Assembly: GCA_052426225.1 (NCBI GenBank)
Contig: JBNJNM010000015.1
Coordinates: forward strand, 1,550,001-1,614,000
Direction of reading: 5' to 3'
DNA from: Zancudomyces culisetae HAW-14-8
Lineage: Eukaryota; Fungi; Kickxellomycota
Length of the DNA: 64,000 nt
Shown: piece by piece, positions 24,144-35,226 of the stretch
How the letters are laid out: each line of letters opens with the position of its first letter
Numbering within the stretch: position 1 is the stretch's first letter
The notes under the pieces: generated by a model
Told to the model about the DNA's origin: nothing
Seen by the model: the letters and a program-made list of their open reading frames with translations, nothing else
The model's database searches: none
Made by a program: the position numbers and the translations under genes

Positions 24144-25574
24144 ATGAGCTTACAGTCACAGCAAGGTAATTCCGCGAGCGGTGCAGGTGGAGCTAATGAT
24201 ACCAAGGGTATGTATAATACAGAAAAATCGGAAAATTCAGAAAAAGTGTTGTCGGGAAGCAACTCAAAATCTCAAGAATATGAAGATGATGATTTAGATG
24301 AGGAGGAAGATATTGACGAGTTGGATCTAAGCAATCTAGAAACAAAAGTCTGGTTGGTCAAAGTCCCCGCCTTTCTGTCTCAACACTGGAACAACATCCG
24401 CCAGACCGGCAAAGAAGTGGGTAAAGTGCGGATCTATGATTCAGCAGACAAGAATGGAAACAGCATTTCCCTAATTCTGGGTGATAAGGATAAAGAAGTC
24501 GAAGAATCTGGAATTCCTAAACAATATAATCTCAAGGTTGTCAATAGTGAAGTCAAAAACATGTTTGTGTTTGCTGAAGGTAAAAAAGATGAAAAGTCGA
24601 GTAGTCAGACAAAAGAAAGAGGTAAACATAAAAGCCTGCCAGGTGGCAGCCGATTCTCGACTGGAGGCTCCAAACTTGGAATTAAATCTGAGCGGCTCGA
24701 TGAATACAATACGAGTAATGGACGAGGCGGGCGTGGGCTGGATGATGAAACCTTTGAGGATAGCGAGAATGAGCAAGATGGAGATTCACGGTCAAAACTG
24801 AAGCCCTCGAGTATAGAATCCAGCAATCTCAAATACCCCACTTTTCTAAGCGGAACAATTCATCACGAATGTACAGTGACTCCCGTGTTGGATTCCAAAT
24901 ATAGCGAGATTGTCAAGAACAGATCCAATTTGGCAACTAAAAACATAGGCAAACGCACGGTGCAAGTCCTTGACGATCAGTACCAATCCAATCTGCTGAA
25001 CTTTAAACATCCAAGCCTAGCCAGACTGAACAAACGCACCAAGTTTATTTCTGGGGGAAGCGGTGCGGGTGCTGGTGCGGGTGGAGTGGGAGCAGGTGGA
25101 TCTGGTGGACTTGGAAATCGATACGAAAGATTGCCCAGGGAAAAACTGGTTGACCTGTTGTTTTCGGCGTTTGAAAAGTATGCATATTGGAGTTTCAAGG
25201 GACTATTGGAGTTCACAAAACAACCCAGCACGTATCTAAAAGAAGTACTGGGTGATATCGCCATATTAAACAAACGAGGTCCTTACAATTCTATGTACAG
25301 CTTAAAGCCCGAGTACATGTCTATTTCTGGTGCTAATGCTGGTGGTAATGGCAATGCCAATTCCACCGCTAGTACAGGCCCTGAAGGAAGGAGCGCTGGT
25401 AGTAGTGGTTTTACAGCAGGTGCACTCGGTACTGCGGGAAAGTCAGAATCAAGTGTTGGAAATGGTGGTGGTAAATCACGGGATAGTTTTGGAGAGGGCA
25501 ATGAAGATGAAGACCTTGAGGAAGAAGAGGAGGAGGAAGAGGAGGATTTGGATGATGACTTTGAAGATGCTTGA
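24144..25574 (+). CDS. TFG2: Transcription initiation factor TFIIF beta subunit (Tfg2/RAP30)
   Basis: KVWLVKVPAFL N-terminal motif, GTIHHECTVTP, and a winged helix LFSAFEKYAYWSFKGLLEFTKQPSTYLKEVL...YSLKPEY. Confidence 0.93.
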   Translation: MSLQSQQGNSASGAGGANDTKGMYNTEKSENSEKVLSGSNSKSQEYEDDDLDEEEDIDELDLSNLETKVWLVKVPAFLSQHWNNIRQTGKEVGKVRIYDSADKNGNSISLILGDKDKEVEESGIPKQYNLKVVNSEVKNMFVFAEGKKDEKSSSQTKERGKHKSLPGGSRFSTGGSKLGIKSERLDEYNTSNGRGGRGLDDETFEDSENEQDGDSRSKLKPSSIESSNLKYPTFLSGTIHHECTVTPVLDSKYSEIVKNRSNLATKNIGKRTVQVLDDQYQSNLLNFKHPSLARLNKRTKFISGGSGAGAGAGGVGAGGSGGLGNRYERLPREKLVDLLFSAFEKYAYWSFKGLLEFTKQPSTYLKEVLGDIAILNKRGPYNSMYSLKPEYMSISGANAGGNGNANSTASTGPEGRSAGSSGFTAGALGTAGKSESSVGNGGGKSRDSFGEGNEDEDLEEEEEEEEEDLDDDFEDA

Positions 25575-25920
25575 TTCTTTTTCTCTTTTTGCCTTTTTCC
25601 ATTCCTGTATTTTCTTTTATTATTTTGATTCAGTTTAGACAGAATTAAAAAGAGGAACTTAAATATATTGTAAAAAAAAGAGTAGGTAAGAAAAGAAAAA
25701 AAGTTAAAGGTATCCAACGAAGATGATGATTTTATACGAGTTTCCTTTGTTGTTTTTGTTAGTTTTTGGCAGAATAAAGGAGAGGTATGTATGGATAAAA
25801 TAATATATCCAAGGGTGTAATGAGTAAATAAATAAAGTTATGGTGCAAAATGAAACCGCCCCCCCCCCCCCAACTCCCTCCCTCCCCCACCTTGTTTTTT
25901 TTTAAAATTTTTTTTGCTCT

Positions 25921-28900
25921 TTAACGTCGAGTAAACTTTGAAGATCCCGCGACTGACAGCTTTACCACATTCTTTTTTCTTGAAGGACCATGAGAGACAC
26001 TGCCAGTACTACCCGGTTCAACATTACTTGAGGTATTGTCACCACCATTCTTATTCTTATTTTTTTGGTTGGATGCACCCATTTGCTTTGCTTTACCATT
26101 ATTACTTAGTTTTTTGTAAACCTGCTCCATATCTAAAAATAGCGAGTTGTTTTTCGAAGACTCACCACTACCACCATAGCCGCCATAGTTGTTGGTTGAT
26201 ATCAAGATATTCTTGTATTTTGCAGAGTTGTTTTTTCCACTACCCCAAACGCCATCTATACTAGCTCCAAGGTTCAAGTTTGTATTCACAACTACTCCTG
26301 CACTTGCACCTGCACCTACTCCTGCACTTACTCCCGCTCTTGTGTTGCTGCTGTTGCTTTTTTTGTCGGCATCGTAATCAGTATTATCTTGTAAACTTGG
26401 CAACGTATCATTATGTAAAGTTGGAAACTCTGACTGCAAAGCTCCTACTCCAACTTGTCGCAATAACTCACTGGTCACAGAATCTGTCGGGGGTCCTGAT
26501 AATGACAAAGAATCATACTGATCATAATTGTAGTGGCGGTGGTGCAAATGAAGGGGATGGAATGGATGTCCAACACCCTGGTGTCTCGACATTTTCAGTG
26601 CCATTTTCTCCATCCTCTCTTCATTTTCCAGTTTTGTATTTATCCGTTTGTGTTCTGCATTTTCTCGCTTGTCTATTCTCTTCCGAAGAAGCTTCCTGTT
26701 CGTCAATTGTTTCTCAAATATTCGGAGTGTATCATTAGAAGCAAGTCTATTCAAATCTGCCTCAACTATTTTTATGTCACATCTTTCTGGAATAAAGTCA
26801 TACAGCTTGTTTTTTTGGCTGAACTCGCTAGACATTGTCATTTGCGTTAGATATGTAATTTCAAAACGCACATTCAATGGATACGTTGGAGACTGTGATG
26901 ATTGCTTGTTTGTATGTACCTTAGTATGACGTATATTTGTAGATTCATTTCTGCTATCACCATCAGGCTGTTCCTGTCCTTGTTCCTGGCCTTTGCTTTT
27001 ACCTTTGTTTTTGTTTTTATCTTTAGGTTTCCCTTCATCTTGGCCCTTGTTTTGGTCTTGGTCTTGGTGTTGGACTAAGTCTTGGTGTTGATCTTGGCTA
27101 GCACTGCTACTATACTCAGCTTTCAGCACTCTCAAGTCTAGAGTGCTTAAATAAATGTATTGTCCATCAACCGACTGATAAAACAGGTTCTCATTATCGA
27201 GCTTTTCCAATCGAGGATTGCAAAACCGAGTAAGCATATTATGGTATTTTGATTCGTGGAAAAGTTGAAAATCATTTAGCTCCATCTGCTTTTTTTCTTC
27301 AACAACTGACTGAATTGCGATCTCCAAATACTTCCTAGTCACAGAATCAAATATTTCGTCTCTAGCCAAGTCCGTCAAATCTCCGATTTCTCTCTCCAAG
27401 TCATACCGTTGTATTTCACGTCCACAAAACATATACTTGCTGAACTCTATCGCACCCTCATCATATCCGATATACGGTATCACTCCCTTGTTATTTTCAA
27501 AAACTGGCCAAAAACTGGACTCATATGGAAATACAAATTTACCACCAGCATCTCGCTTCATCAGTCGCATTTCAATCGCACTACCAGCCTCTGGAGAGTT
27601 ACTTATTTCCAAGATCTTTGCTCTTTTTAGCTCCGATGGATCCAGTATACACCAACAAACCGGGCACTTATGGCTTGATATTTCTGTAAATAGCCTCAAT
27701 ATGCATGCAAGGCAATATATGTGCCCACAATCGGTCATTCGCGGCGCCGTTGGAAGTTCCAAGCATATTGGGCAATAGACTGGCATCGCCACAACAACTT
27801 GGTCTATCTCACTCCACTCAAGCTTTTTGTATGAAAACCCCTTTTCAAGCTTTTTAACCATATCCGGCGTGGCTTTTAGCACAAATCGATAGTTTGCCCT
27901 CACAAATATCTCACGATTGTATGATTCACTGCCGTATACTTTGTTATTCTTCCGTCTTATTGGCAGTGGTCTTGACGTGTCCTCAATTCGCGGCGGAAGT
28001 GAAAAGTTCAACAGGTGGTTCATCTTTTCTTTCTTTTTCAATTTTCCTACTCCTTTATCTACTCCAGCCCCAGTCGCAACTACACGCATCCCACTATCCC
28101 TCCATTTCATTCCAACTGTATGCTCGCCGTCATCAAGTACATCCGTCCTGATATTTACCGCGTTCGAATCAGCTATGCTCGCATCTATCGGCTCTTGTAA
28201 GCTGGCCTTCCCCAGTTTTTCCACAATCTCTGAATTTTCACCATCACTAACAATATGACTATTCATCAATTCAGCGTTGGAACCAGATTCAACCACTGTG
28301 ACCACCGACTGTGCGCGGCTCTTCAGCGCTTCCAGTATGTTGTTGGACCCTGTTTCGACATCACACCTGTTCTTCCCGGTTTTCACATTTATTAGAATGT
28401 ATGGCTGAGTCTCTGTACTTTCGATATGATCCAAAATACTCTGTTCATACTTATTGTAGTGTTTGTGCATAATCCTTGGCTCAAATAAATGATGAATAAT
28501 ACTGGGTTGCGCTTCTTCTACCTGTTCCTTTACGAACTTGCCCCTTTCACCACACTTTCCACAAGTATGCTCGGCGTTGCTAATTGCTACAAATAACACC
28601 GCCTGTGTAAAATTAGAAACATTACCACATTTGCAACAGACGTATTCATCAGAACATTCATCTATATAAACTATTGTGCTTTCGGTTGCTGTATTGTCGT
28701 CCCTGTTTTCCACTTGCACCTCTTTTATACTTGTGTTGTACCGTTGAGCTCCTTCCAGATAGATACTGAAAATTTTGTCCTCTTCCGATAAAAACTTGAT
28801 TATCTCTTCAGTATCTTCGGATTTGGCTTTTTCATGCTGGCTTTTGCCGAGTATTAATGAAATCGCTTCGTAGACTCCTGTCAGCTCTCCTCGCACATCT

Positions 28901-29151
28901 ACCCGTAACCGTTGTAAGGTTTGAACCGCTTTGGCTTCAGGTTCTGTCGTCGGTACTACTCCTAGCATCAACCCCGGCTCTTGTTCCACATACACCACAA
29001 CCCCTACCTCTCCCTGCTGTTTGGCTGCTAGTTTTTTCCATGTTGATGAAAATTTTACACTTAGTTTGTTTATATATCTGTTTTGCTCTTTTCGGTATTT
29101 TTCTTTTCTGTTTCTCCTTTTGAATTCTTTTTGTTTATCAAATACTTTCAT
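25921..29151 (-). CDS. MAG2: RING E3 ligase Mag2/RNF10 with an approx. 370-aa N-terminal extension containing a C4 zinc ribbon
   Basis: NHLLNFSLPPR, FVRANYRFVL, RING CPICLELPTAPRMTDCGHIYCLACI...CPVC, MRLMKR and FYQSVDGQYIYLSTLD are RNF10/Mag2 hallmarks. Confidence 0.88.
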   Translation of the reverse strand: MKVFDKQKEFKRRNRKEKYRKEQNRYINKLSVKFSSTWKKLAAKQQGEVGVVVYVEQEPGLMLGVVPTTEPEAKAVQTLQRLRVDVRGELTGVYEAISLILGKSQHEKAKSEDTEEIIKFLSEEDKIFSIYLEGAQRYNTSIKEVQVENRDDNTATESTIVYIDECSDEYVCCKCGNVSNFTQAVLFVAISNAEHTCGKCGERGKFVKEQVEEAQPSIIHHLFEPRIMHKHYNKYEQSILDHIESTETQPYILINVKTGKNRCDVETGSNNILEALKSRAQSVVTVVESGSNAELMNSHIVSDGENSEIVEKLGKASLQEPIDASIADSNAVNIRTDVLDDGEHTVGMKWRDSGMRVVATGAGVDKGVGKLKKKEKMNHLLNFSLPPRIEDTSRPLPIRRKNNKVYGSESYNREIFVRANYRFVLKATPDMVKKLEKGFSYKKLEWSEIDQVVVAMPVYCPICLELPTAPRMTDCGHIYCLACILRLFTEISSHKCPVCWCILDPSELKRAKILEISNSPEAGSAIEMRLMKRDAGGKFVFPYESSFWPVFENNKGVIPYIGYDEGAIEFSKYMFCGREIQRYDLEREIGDLTDLARDEIFDSVTRKYLEIAIQSVVEEKKQMELNDFQLFHESKYHNMLTRFCNPRLEKLDNENLFYQSVDGQYIYLSTLDLRVLKAEYSSSASQDQHQDLVQHQDQDQNKGQDEGKPKDKNKNKGKSKGQEQGQEQPDGDSRNESTNIRHTKVHTNKQSSQSPTYPLNVRFEITYLTQMTMSSEFSQKNKLYDFIPERCDIKIVEADLNRLASNDTLRIFEKQLTNRKLLRKRIDKRENAEHKRINTKLENEERMEKMALKMSRHQGVGHPFHPLHLHHRHYNYDQYDSLSLSGPPTDSVTSELLRQVGVGALQSEFPTLHNDTLPSLQDNTDYDADKKSNSSNTRAGVSAGVGAGASAGVVVNTNLNLGASIDGVWGSGKNNSAKYKNILISTNNYGGYGGSGESSKNNSLFLDMEQVYKKLSNNGKAKQMGASNQKNKNKNGGDNTSSNVEPGSTGSVSHGPSRKKNVVKLSVAGSSKFTRR

Positions 29152-32100
29152 AATACTACTAGAGTTTCTAAAGTCCTTACTAGATAAAGATAAAAGGTTT
29201 TTTTTTTAGCTCGTTCTTGCTAGAAAAAAAATTATCTTTGCTGAATGTTTGTTCCTGCTTTCTTTTCTTTGAAAAAAAAAGAAAATGTATTTGTACGTTT
29301 TGGTTTTTACTGATCTCAAAAATGGCTTCAAGGAAATCCCGTTCCGTAAAATTCTTTTGATCTTGAAGGATTTTTTTAGTATATATTGCCTCCCGCTTCT
29401 TGTTTTATACTGAAGATCAGGTAGTCCGTTTTCTTTTCTTTTCTAGTTTCGTATTATCTTCTTACTAGATTCAAAAGCCTTGTTGTCCTTCTCCTGGTAT
29501 ATTAAGACAAATCTCAAACATTTAATTGTCCGAAACTAATCTGGACTTTTATATCAAATTCTCGGATGTTGAGCTAAGATTATGTATTCAAAACGCCTAA
29601 TACAAGCCAATGATCTTCATTAAAAAATCAATTAATATGCTCTATTGTAGCTAATATATATCCACCGTAGTAATCTTTATTCTTAATTTCGAATTTTGTG
29701 GTTGTTTAAGATTTATCAGCGAATTTTAAAATCGTCTTAAAATCCTGATTCTTTTTTTCTTTACAGTTTAGGTGAGAGGCTTAAAATTTTTGTTGTTTTA
29801 GCCCGACTTCTATAATACTGGTTTCTTATCTCTCCTCTCCAAATTTTAAGGAATGATCCTCTGGATGTTCATTGACCTTTATTGACAATTCATTAAATTA
29901 TCCTCAACTATATTATTCTTTTTTTTTTTTTGAATAAAAAGCTTATTTTAGGCTTTCAACTAAAACAACTCGTGTATTGGCAAAAAAAAAAGTATGAAAA
30001 AAATAGCTAACTAATACCGATACCTAGCTTCCATTGGACAAAACTCCAAACGCCGCTAAAGAATAAACTTTAGCAAGAACATTCTCCCACTCTTTTTTTT
30101 TTCCATCTTGCATTTGAGGGGCAAACCGACTGTAAATAGAAAACTGTTTCTGATTTATACCATACTGTCAGCTTACAAAACACCAAGCTCACAATAAGAC
30201 GTGCTACGTCGTTGAAATGGGATTGATAGTTTTTTTTATGATTTCTTTTGCTTGATATCCACTTCTAAAGACCTGGGTATCAAATGAGACTATTTATACC
30301 CATATATTTAATCTGATGAGCAAGTTTAATAATATTTAATAGTCGAGGCTTAAAAGAAGCTCAAGAATGTCATAATCTTCGATATAGTATAGCTCAACCA
30401 TCCTTCAATAACAGAGTTAATGATATTTTTATTCGTTCGGCTTGATCTTACATAGCTAAAACAGGATAGGAATAAGCAATAATTTCACCTTCAAAGTTTA
30501 TTGAGCCACAAATGTTATAAATGATAATTTTACTCTACATGCGATACTCAAAACTGCCATAAACACACATTGTGTCCAATTGCGTTTGTGTGTTCACATA
30601 CTATTGCCTGTTGCTTCAAGACCTTGGATAGTGTTCCACTTAAATCCCAAATATCGATGTCACCAGCTTGTTTTTTCAAACAATTTACCACGATTAATCA
30701 AACCTCGGTAGTTTATGTATAGGTTTTCAAATTCTCTGCGTTGTTATAAATACGTTTTGGTTATGTAACATGCAAGTACCTTTACTCAATAACAGCGTTC
30801 GTTTTGCTCACATAGCTTGTGAAATTGGTCACAAATACACCCATTTCCAGCCCAACGGTAAATCCAATCGAAAACTTCAATTGTTTTACGTTTGCGTTCC
30901 TGAAATAGCATCAAACCACTTTTCCTATTGAGTAGGTTATATTATATTATCTAAATGGGCCAATAAAGCAAGAGTAAACGTGTAAGACCATATTGTCAGT
31001 TTCCGCAAACCACTGTCTTGTTTTATATGACCTTTAAGAATAGTTTCTAACAAAATTTATGGTTCTAAAACGGCAAAATAAGAAGGGTACAATACCCGAT
31101 TAGCAAACTTTACCGTCGTTATGACCTTTATATTGATTAATTCTACGCTTAATTATTATTTTTAAAAGTGGGAGAGAGGGTCAAGAAAGCCTCATACTTG
31201 AGATGGACCCTAGATGTACGCATCACGTTATTCAGCACATCTCAAGGTATTGCAGCAAGCAAAGTGGCGGAAGTTTAGGCTAGCTGACTCTATCTTTCAT
31301 CAAGATATAAATCTTAGCAAGACTAAACTGTTTCAAACTGGACAGCGCAATACGGTTAATGAGAGCTTCTTCTTTTTTAACTTTCTTCTTTTTGACAACG
31401 ATCATGAATCTCCGAGTTCATCTAGTTGGTAATCCAATCTAAACCACTAGATCTGAACCAGCGAGTTCATACTACATAGCTTAAAATATAATGTGGTGCT
31501 AGCTGTGCACGTACACGTGCATATACAACAGCAATAAATGCGTGTTTTTTACACACTTTTGTAAGCCTGGAGTATGCACAAAGTAGACCTTTGATGTGTT
31601 TTAAGTAGATATGTTGAATCTCATTCATTGATCGGCATTTTTCTAAGTTGTGTGATGCAGTTTAAATAAAATTCAAGTTTCTATTTTTAGTTTTTATATT
31701 TATTATGTTTTTACATCAACCATTCGATACTTCAGAAATATAGCGACCAGGGTTTTCCAGTCGAAACCATTGCACTTTCAACGCATTTTATGCGCAATTT
31801 ATAAGTATTATCTAATACGTTTATAATAATCTATCATTATTGGGTAATGAGCGTACTACCTTACACTCACTATGAAAGCGTACATTTAGCTTAACTGAAC
31901 CTTCTCTGATCCCGACATTAATACCGGACATAACTAAAGCTATTTCTAGATTAGCCAACATTAAAACCCTATTGCTTATTTCCTTTTAATTATTGTTGCC
32001 TTGAAAATTTTTTTCTTGCCCTAGAAATATCGATTCAGCTCCCAAAAAAAAGAGAATTGATACCTACTAAATTCCAAATTACCAATAGTCAAAGTATTTT

Positions 32101-32497
32101 CTCTTACCTATTCCTTCCTTCCATGCCATCGTCCTCCCCCCCAAAACAGATGGTTATAATTAATGAAAAAAACTAATGAGCGTTTCTAATTATAATTTTT
32201 GTACCTACCAGAAGCAACGGATTATGTAAGATGTTTTCTATAAATACTTTGTGATCATTATTCACCATTAAACAGTGATAGCAGCTAATATTAGCTATTT
32301 AGTTTTCTATTACATTTAGGCCAGTATTGAAAAAATTTCTATCTGAAAAAATACATAAGGGCTTCAAATCACTCGCATCTATTTTTTCTATTCAGTTACT
32401 TCAAATATAAAATATAAAATTCATCAAGTCAAAGCATTTTTGACAACTACAACAAGCATTAAATCGCAAGTTAGAAGTATTTATCATCGACAGAAAA

Positions 32498-33679
32498 ATG
32501 CGCTCATTAATTAGTATTGCATTTATGACATTGGGCCTTGTGTCAATCGAGGCAAGAATATATTGTAAAGAGGGTTACCGTTGGTGCGCGGCTCAAGATG
32601 GTCTCAAAGGAACTTTCCAGTACTGTCAAGATGGTGTTGTTAACACAGGTGCCTGCTTCGGAGAAGGTCTTTGTTTCAAAGAGGGAGATGACATCAACTG
32701 TGTTATGGTATCAAACTCCACCTCACCTGCTATGGATAAGCGATTTGCGACTTTGACTACCAATGATATCTATGGTACACTGCAAACTCTAGGAAAAGCC
32801 ACAAAAAACGGATCACCAAGTGACATGAGCACTGTCATTCAAGCAGGTATTAATGGTATGAGAAGAGGTCCAGGACAAGTTGGAGAGTTTTTCAGAGTAT
32901 TCAATGACCTCCTTACCCAAAACAGAGGTACAGTAGTAAACCAGATGAAGAAGGCTATTCCAGACATTGCCGCCATCGGAGGTTCATCTGACACACTCAT
33001 AAATGTAATAAAGACATTTGCAGGAAATGAGCAGCAGATGGCACAACTCATGGCCAGTGCTTTCCAAGAAATGAACACTGATTCAAATGCTCAAACCAGA
33101 GTGAGAGATTTGATAGTTGCAGTTACATCTGCTGCCAGATCATCAGGCTGTTCAAACTGTGGAACTATTGGAACTGCAAGTGGAATTGCCAGCGCAATCG
33201 ACAAATTTGAAACTGTCTTGAGAAACAAATATCTGTGTGATGATGGAACTACTGGATTCCCACAATTCCCAGGATCCAGCCTCGGAGCTGTCCTTGAAAG
33301 CGCACTAAACAGCAACTCCAATGATATGCTTAAGTTTATCGCAGCTGCAGTTGCCAACGCCAACGAAAACATCTCTGATTTCCAAAAGGGTATGGTTATA
33401 GTTTTGCAACTCGCTCAAAGCTCCCAAAACACAATTGGTGTGTTGGTAGCAGATACTATGTTGGCTATTCAAGGAAACCCTACACAACTGATCAACCTTC
33501 TCACAAGAATAACAATTGTCTTTGATACCTATGACTGTATCATTAAGGCTCTCTTTGAGGCATACATGAAGGCTTCAGGTTTCGTGACCTACTGTATCGG
33601 TGGTGTGCTCTTCAAGGTCATTCTTATGTGCTTCATGATAATGACCATTATCTGGGTACCACTCTGCTGTTGCTGTTAA
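32498..33679 (+). CDS. Secreted or membrane-anchored orphan: signal peptide, CBM19-like 6-Cys module, KR site, helical domain, hydrophobic C-terminus ending in CCCC
   Basis: Clean intronless 393-aa ORF with A-rich start context (gaaaaATG). Signal peptide MRSLISIAFMTLGLVSIEA; C-x6-C-x12-C-x9-C-x5-C-x8-C module; MDKR; terminal VILMCFMIMTIIWVPLCCCC. Confidence 0.85.
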   Translation: MRSLISIAFMTLGLVSIEARIYCKEGYRWCAAQDGLKGTFQYCQDGVVNTGACFGEGLCFKEGDDINCVMVSNSTSPAMDKRFATLTTNDIYGTLQTLGKATKNGSPSDMSTVIQAGINGMRRGPGQVGEFFRVFNDLLTQNRGTVVNQMKKAIPDIAAIGGSSDTLINVIKTFAGNEQQMAQLMASAFQEMNTDSNAQTRVRDLIVAVTSAARSSGCSNCGTIGTASGIASAIDKFETVLRNKYLCDDGTTGFPQFPGSSLGAVLESALNSNSNDMLKFIAAAVANANENISDFQKGMVIVLQLAQSSQNTIGVLVADTMLAIQGNPTQLINLLTRITIVFDTYDCIIKALFEAYMKASGFVTYCIGGVLFKVILMCFMIMTIIWVPLCCCC

Positions 33680-34671
33680 TTTAAAAATAATTCAATTTTC
33701 ATTTCTCATGGTTGTTAGCTTTGACCTCAAGATCGCATATTTTTTGAATTAAACTGATTTTTTGAGATTAAATAAAATCTATTTTTTTGTTCACACACAC
33801 TTACAACTCTGACTTATTTTAGTGCTAAACATATTTGGTTAAAAACTTGCAACAAAATTGCAAGAATGTAAGAATAACATGACTTGAGTCTTTTGTCACG
33901 TAACTCAGACTGTAGCATGAAATACTGGTATCAGGAACAATACAGTCAGCAAAGATAGCATCGGGATGCATCCAAGAATACCATCCTAGAACGATCTTTT
34001 CCAATAACCCCATTAATAACCCCGTTAATAATCCCTGCTTATTTCACCATCACCATTCTTTTGATCTGTATCTTTGGGGTCTATTCGTATTCTTTCCCTG
34101 TAACGCGTATTATGACAAAAAGTACCATCACAAGCATTAACATCAGAATTTTCTCTCTACTAACTCTGGGTGCCACGTAGCACATTGTGGGCAATGTAGT
34201 CACCACAAAAATACATATCATTTTTTTAATCCCTACTCTGTTCTACATTTCGTTAATGGTCACAGACAATAGTGATGATTAGTAGCGTAATATAACTACA
34301 AAAATAAAATGAAAAGAGTTAGTAGATATATACATTCTAACCGCACTTTTTTTTTTGCCATTTTTAATTTTTAGTTTCGTGATACTATTTTTGAGGAGTA
34401 TACAAAGGCTACACCCATAGAAAGGCAAGAAGAGATAATGAAAATACAAAAATAAACTAAACTACTGGATAAGTGATGGTGGTATTTAGAGACTTGAAAG
34501 TACGTGTAGCAAAACATCAGCAGTTACTTTTTGCACACAATTGTGATTATACTTTTTTTCCTGCTACTGGACGCTTTTTTGTGGTGGGCATAAATGATAT
34601 GCTACAAGGCTATAAAAACATATTCTTGCTATATTTTTATGATGATATTGCGAGTAAATTATTGCAATATA

Positions 34672-34714
34672 TTTAGTTTGGTTTGGTTTGGTTTGTGTTG
34701 TGTTGTGTTGTGTT
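34672..34714 (+). repeat. Compound pentamer microsatellite (TTTGG)n(TGTTG)n
   Basis: tttagtttggtttggtttggtttgtgttgtgttgtgttgtgtt directly visible. Confidence 0.75.
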
Positions 34715-35226
34715 AAGTACATTTATGTCATTTTGTCCGTTTGCACTTAACCCACTTGATTAACCTTTATTGTAAACCAGACAAAAAAATACCAGATTTG
34801 GCAGTGTATTTGCGAGCTTTAGGTGCTTGTTCAGCTAAAAAATTGCACCAATATGATTGGTATTTTTTTTATTCAACCAAATCGAAACATCAAAATCCTT
34901 CCCATCCTGTAAGCTTTTTTTAAAGGTAGAAAATAATATATAGAACTTTTAGGCTAAGCATTTCAAGTTGTGATTTTTCAACATAAATTCCAAAATATAG
35001 CCTACCGGTATAACGGTATTAAATGTAAGTGATTCATCTTAATAACCTGCCTATTTTACCACTTATTTCAGTGCGGATGATTTTCTGGATAAAACTGCAT
35101 CCAATCTGAAAAATAGTGTTAATGTTTTTACCGCTTTACATTTTTTTGGGAAAATTCTATAATTTAATTAATTGGATACATATATACTGTAGAAGGAAAG
35201 AGGGACAGAGCGAAAGAGAGAGAGAA

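Noticed and set aside
29152-29450. Possible upstream extension of the MAG2 ORF across A10/T9 homopolymers (frameshift or assembly slip)
   Set aside because: Removing one A extends the frame only modestly; more shifts are needed, no ATG or homology supports it, and all frames hit stops further upstream.
30480-30910. Moderately GC-richer stretch with short open frames on the minus strand
   Set aside because: No start, consistent splice model or recognisable motif; treated as intergenic.
33825-34260. Short minus-strand ORFs downstream of the CCCC gene
   Set aside because: All about 60 aa or shorter, with no coherent exon chain or homology.
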